Positions 1 to 9,100 of a DNA stretch of 64,000 nucleotides are shown piece after piece. Source of the stretch: Candidatus Eiseniibacteriota bacterium (lineage in GTDB: Bacteria > Eisenbacteria > RBG-16-71-46); NCBI GenBank assembly GCA_041483195.1, contig JBGPFC010000006.1:75880-139879 (forward strand). The letters run 5' to 3'. The notes beneath the pieces were generated by a model. The model saw nothing but the letters and a program-made list of their open reading frames with translations. It did no database searches and had not been told where the DNA came from. Made by a program: the position numbers and the translations under genes. The first letter of the stretch is position 1. Every line of letters begins with the position of its first letter.

Positions 1-2438
1 TTCATGTCACCCGCGGACGCGACGGCGGTTCCGAAGTGAGCGCCGATCGAGTTGCTGATGAAGGTCACGTCGGGGCGATCGTCCGCGTTCGGCCCGCCGA
101 AGAACAGATAGGCACGCCCCACGTCCGAGATCGTCGGCGAGTCGAAGCTCGGCGCGCCCACGATGACGTCGTCGTACCCGTCGCCGTTGAAGTCCCCGGC
201 CGACGCTACCGTGACGCCGAAATTCGCCCCGATCGCTGCGATGAACGGCGCGATGACGGTGCGCATCGGCAACGGTGAGTACGGCGGAGGCGTGAGGTTG
301 TAGAACGGCGCATCGCTCACGTCGTACGACCCGGCCTCGAGCGGCAGGCCGTGCGCGCTCACCCGCACGCGCATCTGGAGCGAGACCGTGGCCGGCGCGG
401 TCACGGACATGGAATTGTCGGGGGCGCCGCCGACATCGGACGCGATCGTGCTCCAGGTGACGCCGTCGTCGAACGAGAGCGCGATGTCGGCACGCGTGGA
501 TCCGCGCCAGTGGACGGTCGCGGGCCGGCCCGCATCCCACAGCTCCCCGCCGTTGGGGCTCACCAGTTCGAAGCGCACGAGCCGCAGCCTGCCGACGCTG
601 GTCACCGACGAAAGCGCCGAGATCGGGAGACCGCTCGCGCTGACGCGGACGGTCGCGGACGCGGTGGTGAGCGCGGGCACGATGACCCGGAGCACATTGA
701 GGCGGCTGCCCCCCACCCCGCTCGCGAGCGGCGTCCAGCTGAGTCCGCCGTCCACCGAGATCGCGACATCCGCGCGCAGCGCGCCGTACCAGCTGACGGT
801 ATCGGCCGCCCCCACCAGCCAGGTCTCGCCGTCGCGGGGCCGATCGAGCGTGTAGGCCGCGATCTGAAATGGCCCGTCGCTCACGTCTGCGAACTTGCCG
901 GTGGGGGCATGCCCGGTGATGCTCGCGCGGATGAGCGCGGCCGCGCACACCGTGTCGGGGACGGTCTGGACGATGGACGTGGTCGAGGCGGGAACGCTCG
1001 AGGCGAGCGTGCGCCAGCTGGCCCCGCCGTCGAGCGAGAGCGCGACGTCGGTGAGATTCTGCCCGCGCCATCCGATCCACATCGAGTCCCCGCCGTGAAG
1101 GATCTCGCCTCCATTCGGGCTCGCGACCTGGATGAGGTCGGCCACCACGACGTAGACCCGTCCATTCGGGTCCCAGGTGCCGGGGCGCCCCCCATAGCCG
1201 ACCAGCAACTCTTGCACGCCATCCCCGTCGAGGTCACCGGCCGCGGCGAGCGCCATCGGAATGGGAAAATTGGACTCGGGCGGGATGAACACGAGGTCCG
1301 GGTTGTTCTCCACAGGATTGCCGCCGAGGTAGACCATGGCCCGCCAGTAGTCGCCGGTGGCGATGTCGTTGAGCCCGTCGCCGTTCATGTCCAGACCCCC
1401 GACGGCGGCACGCCCGCCGCCGAACCACTGGCCGATGGCCAGATCCTCCCCGGGGTGTCCGTAGTAGAGGTACGTGCTGTTCGCCACCACCTCGGTCGCG
1501 ATGACGTCGTCGATCCCGTCGCCATTCACGTCGCCCACGCTGCCCGTCACGGTGCCGAGCTGCCCGTAGAAGTTGAAGCCGAACGATTGGAGATCGGCGT
1601 AGCTGTCGAGCAGGGGCCCGCCGAGGTAGATGGAGATGTGCCCCCCCTGGGTGGCGAACACCGTCGCCATCGGCTCGCCCACGATGAAGTCGGGATACCC
1701 GTCGTGATTGAAGTCCCCCGCGGAACCCACCGCGAATCCGAACTTCCCTCCCGGGAAGCCCCCGTGCAGCTCGAGATCCGCGATGCTGTCGGGTTGGGGT
1801 CCACCGAAGTAGACGTAGACCTGCCCGTAGTCGGTCTGGCCCGAATCGGTCGGCGCGCCAACCAGCACGTCGTCGAATCCGTCGGCGTTGATGTCGCCAA
1901 CCCCCGCCACCGACCATCCGAAGCTCGTGGTCGGGCGGGTGGGGTTCAGCACCAGATCTGGAATCGAGTCCGCCGCCGGGCCGCCGAAGTAAATGCGCGC
2001 CCGTCCGGTGAGGCGCCCGTCGGTCCACTCCGCCGGTGATCCGACGATGAGATCCTGAAACCCATCGCCATTGAAATCCCCGGCCCACGCGACCGACTGG
2101 CCGAATGATGAAGCCGGGCCGCCGCTCTCGAAGCGGAGATCGGGGAGCGAATCCATCCCGGCCCCGCCGCGGAACAGCAGCACCCGACCGTCGCCGCTTC
2201 CGGCGGGGAAACCCGGCGCGCCGACCGCCACGTCTGGGAGACCATCGCCATCGAAATCGCGGCCGCCCGCGACCGATGCCCCGAACAGGTCGCCGGTCTG
2301 CGCGCCTTCGAGGGTCAGTTGCACATGCGAGGGGAGCTGTGCCCGGGAGGGCGCCGCGACCAGGGCGAGCGCGACCACCAGCGCCGCGAGCGCGCGTGGA
2401 GCGGGAGGTAGGTGCGGGGCCCGGGCCGAAGCGCGCAT
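1..2438 (-). CDS. FG-GAP/integrin-alpha beta-propeller repeat secreted protein, 3' end outside the window
   Basis: Absent from the ORF track because it has no stop in the window. Manual translation from ATG 2438: MRASARAPHLPPAPRALAALVVALALVAAPSRAQ (signal peptide), then FGASVAGGRDFDGDGLPDVAVGAP-type repeats, three PNGGE/PRDGE Ig-like spacers and a second repeat block (HFGTAVASAGDM at the edge). Starts 5 nt after the S8 gene stop. Confidence 0.9.
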   Translation of the reverse strand, partial: MRASARAPHLPPAPRALAALVVALALVAAPSRAQLPSHVQLTLEGAQTGDLFGASVAGGRDFDGDGLPDVAVGAPGFPAGSGDGRVLLFRGGAGMDSLPDLRFESGGPASSFGQSVAWAGDFNGDGFQDLIVGSPAEWTDGRLTGRARIYFGGPAADSIPDLVLNPTRPTTSFGWSVAGVGDINADGFDDVLVGAPTDSGQTDYGQVYVYFGGPQPDSIADLELHGGFPGGKFGFAVGSAGDFNHDGYPDFIVGEPMATVFATQGGHISIYLGGPLLDSYADLQSFGFNFYGQLGTVTGSVGDVNGDGIDDVIATEVVANSTYLYYGHPGEDLAIGQWFGGGRAAVGGLDMNGDGLNDIATGDYWRAMVYLGGNPVENNPDLVFIPPESNFPIPMALAAAGDLDGDGVQELLVGYGGRPGTWDPNGRVYVVVADLIQVASPNGGEILHGGDSMWIGWRGQNLTDVALSLDGGASWRTLASSVPASTTSIVQTVPDTVCAAALIRASITGHAPTGKFADVSDGPFQIAAYTLDRPRDGETWLVGAADTVSWYGALRADVAISVDGGLSWTPLASGVGGSRLNVLRVIVPALTTASATVRVSASGLPISALSSVTSVGRLRLVRFELVSPNGGELWDAGRPATVHWRGSTRADIALSFDDGVTWSTIASDVGGAPDNSMSVTAPATVSLQMRVRVSAHGLPLEAGSYDVSDAPFYNLTPPPYSPLPMRTVIAPFIAAIGANFGVTVASAGDFNGDGYDDVIVGAPSFDSPTISDVGRAYLFFGGPNADDRPDVTFISNSIGAHFGTAVASAGDM

Positions 2439-2443
2439 CGTCA

Positions 2444-5400
2444 CTACCTCAGGAGCAGGATTCGAGCACCTGCCGACGCGTTCCCATTCAGCAGGCGTGC
2501 GAAATAAATTCCAGCCGGCATCGCCCGCCCCCGCGTGTCACGCCCGTCCCAGATCATGCGCCCTTCCCGGCCGGTGACCGCGGTGTAAGACAGCAGCCGG
2601 CCCGAGAGATCGTAAATGTGAATGCTCTGCTCGAGCGATGGGCTCGCGCCGCTCTGCCAGAAGATCTCGACCGGCGCGTGAGCCGGCGTCGCTCCCGGCG
2701 CGAGTGCCAGTCCGCGATTCGGCGCGATCGGGCTCGCGAGCTTCTCGATCACGTTGGAGATCCGCGAGCGGTTGCCGGCGCCATCGACCGCGGCCAGCGC
2801 GAAGTGGTAGACCACTCCGCGCTCGAGCCCGGTCACCCGCGCAGATTCCTCGCCACCGGCCTCGTGCGTCGCCGCCACCTCGAGCCGAACCGGCGCATCA
2901 TCGAAATTCGTCGCGTCGATCGGCGCCGGGCCGCCGCGGATGAGGTAGCGCGCGGGCATTCCTTGATTGCCGTCGTCGCCGGTCGCGGTCCACGCCAGCG
3001 TCACGCTGGTGTTGCCGCTCGCGACCACGGACAGATCGGCGATCGCGGCGGGGGCCACGCGCGTGGTGGTCATCGAGAATGGGTTCGACAGCGGGCTCGC
3101 GTTTCCTGCCGCGTCCACGCTGCGGAGCGCAAAGTAGTATCGCGTGCCCTCCTCCAACCCGTTCACCCGCACGCTGTCGGCGTGGCCCGTCGCGCCGGGG
3201 AACGGAAGCCCGCCCACGCGAATCGCGCTCGTGAAGGTGCTCTCATCGATCGGGGCCGTCGCGTACCGGATGTCGTAGCGGCTCACCCGCCCGCCGAGCC
3301 CGGGATCGAGGGGCGCGCTCCACGCGAGCGCGACGCTGGTGTCGGTCGCCGCGCCCCCATCCAGATCGAGAACGGCGAGCGGGGCCAGGTCGTCGATCAC
3401 CCCGAGCGGCGGCGCGTAGAGGCGGCTGCCGGTCCGCGCGTAGTTGCCGCGCGAGGTGGGCCACTGCTGAGCCCCCGCGCCGAACGTGCCGATCCCCGCG
3501 TCGTACACGAACAACACCAAGTCGGCGCCGGCTCCCGCCACGATCTCGGTGGCGCCGTCGCCGTCCACGTCGTCGATGGCGAGATCCACCCCCGGCTGGC
3601 CGGCCTTCGGAAATCCACGCAGATCCTTGGCGCTCGCGTTCATTCCGATCAGCTGCGCGCCGCTCGATTTTCGCACGCACATCGCGATGCCGGGCCCGCC
3701 CCCCGGAACGAGCGCACCCACCACCGGCGCGCCGAACACGGGCGAGCCGAGTGCCCGTGGCCACCCGCGCGATGTGAGCGGAAGGCCCGAGCCGTCGAGT
3801 ACCACCAGCTGCTCTGGCGATGTGCGCGCGAGCAGGATCTCGTCGCGGCCGTCGCCATCGATGTCCGCCAGCGCCGGGGAACCGAACTGCGTTCCGGACA
3901 CGGCGACATCGAGCCGCTGCACCGCCAGGGAATTGTACGCGGTGAGCCGATCGCCCGCCGCCATGAGGATCGAGGCGGAGGTGTCGGCGCCGAGCCGGGT
4001 GACGACCGGCGGCGTCGGAAGAAATTGTATCTGCACCGGCCAGTTCGGCAGCTCGTTCCCGTCACCGGTCAGGACGTGCAGGCTGCCCCAGAAATTCGCG
4101 GCCACGATCTCGGCCCCGGGGAGACCATCGATATCGGAGAGCGCGATCAGATTGCTCTCGCCGCTTCCGCCGATGCGGCGCGGAAATCCCGGGAGCCGCG
4201 TGCCGTCGCGATGCCACGCGTACACGTTGCCGTCCACTCCACCCCAGATCACGTCGAACACGCCGTCACCATCCACGTCGCCAAGCACCGGCTCGAGGGT
4301 GGCCACGTGGCTGGTTCGCGTGGCGGTGACCGGCCATCCGGCGAGCGCCCGTCCCGCCGCGTCGAATCCGAAGATGCGAGCATCGTCCACCGCGACGAAC
4401 ACGCCCGGCCCGCGCCCGTCGCCGAGATCGGCCGCGCTCACGCCCCCCACCGGGGGCGACGGGAGCGCCACCTCGTTCAGCGTCGCGCCGGTCAAGCCGT
4501 CGAGGAAGAGCAGGCGGCTGTCGGCCGATGCGATCACGATGCGCCGCGCGCCCGACGAGGCGGGCAGGATGACCGCCGCGCCGACTGTGCGTGCGGACGA
4601 GGGCAACGCGAGCGAGGTCGGGGGATCGGCGAGCGCCCGATAGGCGTTGATCCGCCCGGTGCCCCAACCGGTGACGCCCGGATTCGCCGACGTCATGTCG
4701 TCAGTGGTGTCCATCAGTCGCATCTTGAGCGCGAAGGGGCTGAGCGGCGGCAGGCCGTGCGCGCGCCGATTCGCCTGCACCAGCGCGGCGACGCCCGCCG
4801 CGACCGGCGCGGCGAACGACGTGCCGTTCGCGCCCGTGGTGTAGCCGGGCTGGCGGGCGCCGAGACTGTCGGTGCCGACGCGCTGGAGCCTCGTCGTCGC
4901 GAGATTGGAGCCGGGCGCGCAGAGGTCGACGAACGCGCCCTTGTTAGAGAACAACGCGAGCTTGTCGTTCGGGTCGGTGGCGCCGACCGACAGCGCGTCG
5001 CCGCGGTCGCTCAGGTAATGTTGGCCGTCCCCGTTGTTGCCAGCGGCCGCGACCACGAGCACGCCCGCCGCGGTCGCCGCGTCGACGGCCGCGACCAGAT
5101 CGGGCTGCGCCACGGATGTGAACGAGCAGTTGATGAGGCTCGCTCCCATCCGCGTCGCGTAGCGGATCGCCTTCGCGGCGAGGCTCAAGTCCACGAGGGC
5201 GCCGGTGTTCAGCGGCGCCGTCCAGCCCACGCGCAGCGCCATGAGCCGCACCTTCCACGCCGTCCCCGCCACGCCGATTCGGTTGTTCGTCAGCGCCCCG
5301 ACGACCCCCGACACCAGCGTCCCGTGCCCGAAGTGATCGTTCGGATCGTTGTCCTCGTCCCGCCAGTCTTCGCCGGGTTCCACGTTGGCTGCGCTTCCGA

Positions 5401-6175
5401 GGTTGACGAAATCCCATCCCCACGCGTCGTCCACGAACCCGTTGCCGTCGTCGTCGACGCCCGGCGTTCCGCCCGCCTCCGCCCAGTTCGTCCACAGCTG
5501 CCCGCGCAGCCCCGGCTCGCTGCCGCTCAGGTCCGGGTGGTATGGAATCACCCCGGTATCCACGATCGCCACGATCACGTTCGTGTCCCCGGTCGTGATC
5601 GACCACGCTTCCGGCGCGTGGATGTCGCGCCGGTTCGCCGGCTGGTAGAAATAGTTCGCGGCGCTCCACAGCGAATCGTCCGGCATCACCGTTGATACCG
5701 GCATCACCGCGATCGGATCGGCACTCGCCACCTCCGAGAGCCCATGGAGCGAGGCCAGCGTAGCTTCGCGATCCGCGCCGGCCGCCAGGTGCAGGATCCA
5801 GAACGCCGTGAAGTCGATCGCGCGCGAGCCCGGCGCGGGCGGCACCTCGCCCCGGAATTCGGGCTCGAAGCGCGCGCCGTACCGCGACGCCACCCGATCG
5901 AGCGCCGGCACCCCGATCCGCTCGAGCGGTGGCGCGCCCGCCGCGAGGCCGCGCGCGCCCGCGGTCTGCGTGGCGCGCGCCGCGATCGCCGCGGCCGACG
6001 GCGAGAGCCTCACGACCAGACGGTCGGGAACGGTCGTGGGCTCCGGCGCGAGGGACGCGTCGAGGGTCTCGGTCGGGTTCGCGATCTCGGCACGGACGGG
6101 CGAATACGATACGCCCGCGAGCACGAGCAGAGCGGACAGGACGGCGACCGGGCCGGAATTCATCCGAAGAATCAT
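2444..6175 (-). CDS. S8 (subtilisin-like) serine peptidase with FG-GAP-like repeats, two FN3-like domains and C-terminal FlgD-Ig/T9SS-like domain
   Basis: Triad motifs VAIVDTG, HFGHGTLVSG and GTSFAAP; oxyanion AAAGN; DVDGDG repeats; VALAW...YYFALRSVDAAGN; C-terminal IYDLSGRLL...GIYFARL. Confidence 0.93.
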   Translation of the reverse strand: MILRMNSGPVAVLSALLVLAGVSYSPVRAEIANPTETLDASLAPEPTTVPDRLVVRLSPSAAAIAARATQTAGARGLAAGAPPLERIGVPALDRVASRYGARFEPEFRGEVPPAPGSRAIDFTAFWILHLAAGADREATLASLHGLSEVASADPIAVMPVSTVMPDDSLWSAANYFYQPANRRDIHAPEAWSITTGDTNVIVAIVDTGVIPYHPDLSGSEPGLRGQLWTNWAEAGGTPGVDDDGNGFVDDAWGWDFVNLGSAANVEPGEDWRDEDNDPNDHFGHGTLVSGVVGALTNNRIGVAGTAWKVRLMALRVGWTAPLNTGALVDLSLAAKAIRYATRMGASLINCSFTSVAQPDLVAAVDAATAAGVLVVAAAGNNGDGQHYLSDRGDALSVGATDPNDKLALFSNKGAFVDLCAPGSNLATTRLQRVGTDSLGARQPGYTTGANGTSFAAPVAAGVAALVQANRRAHGLPPLSPFALKMRLMDTTDDMTSANPGVTGWGTGRINAYRALADPPTSLALPSSARTVGAAVILPASSGARRIVIASADSRLLFLDGLTGATLNEVALPSPPVGGVSAADLGDGRGPGVFVAVDDARIFGFDAAGRALAGWPVTATRTSHVATLEPVLGDVDGDGVFDVIWGGVDGNVYAWHRDGTRLPGFPRRIGGSGESNLIALSDIDGLPGAEIVAANFWGSLHVLTGDGNELPNWPVQIQFLPTPPVVTRLGADTSASILMAAGDRLTAYNSLAVQRLDVAVSGTQFGSPALADIDGDGRDEILLARTSPEQLVVLDGSGLPLTSRGWPRALGSPVFGAPVVGALVPGGGPGIAMCVRKSSGAQLIGMNASAKDLRGFPKAGQPGVDLAIDDVDGDGATEIVAGAGADLVLFVYDAGIGTFGAGAQQWPTSRGNYARTGSRLYAPPLGVIDDLAPLAVLDLDGGAATDTSVALAWSAPLDPGLGGRVSRYDIRYATAPIDESTFTSAIRVGGLPFPGATGHADSVRVNGLEEGTRYYFALRSVDAAGNASPLSNPFSMTTTRVAPAAIADLSVVASGNTSVTLAWTATGDDGNQGMPARYLIRGGPAPIDATNFDDAPVRLEVAATHEAGGEESARVTGLERGVVYHFALAAVDGAGNRSRISNVIEKLASPIAPNRGLALAPGATPAHAPVEIFWQSGASPSLEQSIHIYDLSGRLLSYTAVTGREGRMIWDGRDTRGRAMPAGIYFARLLNGNASAGARILLLR

Positions 6176-9100
6176 CTCACGATCACGATCTTCCGTTCAG
6201 CGTGAAACCGGAGCGACGGCACCGAGGCGCGCACGAAGTACATCCCCGGCACGAGCGGTGAGCGGCGCGGGCTGGTCGCGTCCCAGCGCCAGCTCACCAC
6301 GCCGAGATCGGTGGGCGTCGCCCCCTCCAGCAGATCCGCCATCTTCCTGCCCTGCACGTCGTAAACGCCGACCGAAAGGTCGGCGGGGGCGTTCCCGCCG
6401 GGGCTGGCCGGGAGCGCGAGCGCGAGGGTGAGGCTCCCACCGATCGGGAGCGGAATCGGCCACGCCGAGATGCCGGCCGCGGGCGCCGGAAGTCGCGAAC
6501 GCCCGAGCTCGCTCTCCTCGCCGAGACCGTTGACCGCGACCAGCACGTAGGTCGCGCCGCGCTCGGTTTCTGCGGCCTGCGCGCGGTTCGCGGTGATCAA
6601 CGGCGCGCCGATGCGATCCACCGTCGCGCCGTCGCGCCCGATTCGGTAGAGGCGATAGCCGGCGAGGCCGGATGCCCCCGCCGCCGGATCCGTCGACCAC
6701 GCGAGCGCGACGCCCTGCGGCCCCGGAGTCACGGAAAAATCGAGCAGCGCGATGGTCGCGCGGATCGAGATCAACGAGTCGCTCAGGGCCGCGCCCGGGA
6801 CCGCCGCGTTCGCCGGAGCGATGCGCACCCGCAGGGAGTCGCCGGCGGCGCGCGGCACGCGGATCGCGATCGCGTTGCTGTCGGCTCCGCCCACGGCGTG
6901 CGCGACCATGCGCCAGCTCGCACCATCGTCGCTTCCCAGCCAGACGTCGGCGGGCTCGGCGCCCAGCCAGCGAATGGTCTGCGAACCGCCCACATCCCAG
7001 CGCTCCGCGGAGCGCTGGCTCAGGAGCACGTAGCGGTGGGCGTCGTAGACGAGCGTCGCGCCCGCGTCCGTCGCGCCGCGGTCCGCGAACGGAGCGCCGA
7101 CGATCGCGTCGTCGAATCCGTCGCCGCCGAGATCGCCGGGACCGCCGATGCTCCAGCCGAGGCGGTCGCCGGGCCGGGCCCCGCTCCACGTGAGATCCGC
7201 GCGCGTCCCGGGCACCAGCGCGCCAAGATGCACATCGACCCGGCCCGCGTCCGCGCCCCCCGCCCCGCTGAATGGCGCGCCGACCGCGAAATCGGCGAAC
7301 CCGTCACGGTTGAGATCTCCGAGTCCCGCGAGGGCGAGCCCGAAGAATTCACCACGCCCCGCACCGGTCAGGACCAGATCGGCGCCGTAGTTGAGCCTGA
7401 CCCCGCCATCGAAGAGGTAGACCCGGCCGCTCTCGGCACCGCGCGCGCCACTGAACGGCGCGCCCACCAGCACGTCCTCGAGGCCATCGCCGTTCACGTC
7501 GCCCGCGATCGCCACCGTGGTGCCGAACTGATCGGAGGCCGACTCACCGGTCAGCACCAGTCCAGGGTTGTTCGAGGGCTCCGATGCTCCCGTGAACACG
7601 TAGGCCCGCCCGGCGTCGATCGCGGGCGTGTCGTTGCCCGGCGCGCCAACGACGAAGTCGGAGAATCGATCGCCGTTCAGATCGCCGCCGCCCGCGAGCG
7701 ATGCGCCGAAGTGGTCGCCGGGCCTGACGCCAGACCAATCGAGGTCCTCATTCGCATCGGGGGTCGGTCCGCCCTCGAAGAGATACACCCGGCCGGCCCC
7801 TGCGCCGTTCGCGTCGTCGAACGGAGCACCCACGATCAGGTCGTCGTATCCATCACCGTTCAAGTCGCCCGCTCGCGACACCGACGCGCCGAATTGCGCG
7901 CCCGCCGAGGGGCCCACCAGCGTGAGATCCGGCGCGCCGTCGGGCTCCGGCCCGCCGAAGAATACGAAGGCCCGCCCGGCCTCCGCGCCACCCGCCGCGT
8001 CGCCGGGCGAGCCGACGATCACGTCCGCGAAGCCATCGTGGTTGATGTCGCCCGCCGCCGCGAGGCTGATTCCGAGCGGGGCGCCGGCGGCCGGCACGTC
8101 GAGCCACACGGGCGCGCGGGGCGCGGGGCCGCCGAACATGACGCGCGCGCGGTCGGGAACCGCGCCGGGAGAGTCCCCGCCCCGCGAGCCCACCAGGTAG
8201 TCGGGGAAGCCATCACGATTCACGTCGCCGGCCCGCGCCGACGCGAGCCCGACCTCCTCGCCCGCGCTGGATCCGCGCGCGCCGTCGCGCGCGAGCACCA
8301 CGGCACGCCCGTGAATCACGGGTGTCGCGATGCGGAAATCTCCGGCGCTCTGGCCCGAGAGCATGCGCAGCGCCGGCTGCCCGGCCGGGCTCACCCGCAC
8401 GCGGGCGGCGAGGGTCGCGGCGTGGGGCGTCACGATCGGGAGCGCGTTGACCTCGGCGCCGCCCACGCCGTTCGCGAGGGTCGCCCACGTCACGCCGCCG
8501 TCGGTCGAGAGCGCGACATCGGCGGGCCCGTCGCCCCGCCACCGGATGGTGTCGGGTTCGTCCGCGATCCAGGTCTCGTCCCCGTTTGGCGCGACGACTC
8601 GAAGGTGCTTGACGGCGTACACGTAGGCGCGGCCGCTATTGAGCGCGCCGGCGTCACTTCCCTGCGCGCCCACGATCAGGTCGGGCAGACCGTCCCCATC
8701 GAAATCACCCGCCGCCGCGACCCCGACCCCGTAGTTGTCGTTCGCACGATCGCCGTTCAACACGAGGCCGGGCTTGCCGTCGGCCTGCGGGCGCCCGAAG
8801 AAGACGTAGGCGCGTCCCGCTTCGCTCCCCGGGCGATCGTTGCGAAACGCCCCTACGATCACGTCGCCGAATCCATCCAGGTTCACGTCACCCGCCCCGG
8901 CAAACGAGTACCCGAACTCGTCTCCCGCCGCCTCTCCCCTCAAGATGAGATCGGGGCTGGCGTGCGGACTCGAGCCCCCGAAGTACAGGAAGACGGCGCC
9001 GGCATTCGACCCGGCGACGTCGTTGTACCGGCCGCCCACCAGCAGGTCGGCGTGTCCATCGCCGTTCCAGTCGCCGGCCGGCGCGATCCACTCGCCGAAT

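Noticed and set aside
2105..5695. Long plus-strand ORFs (also 6898-9636, 10318-12663, 49795-51933 and many others)
   Set aside because: Antisense or off-frame shadows of well-supported genes; Arg/Ala/Pro-rich with no motifs, as expected at this GC content.
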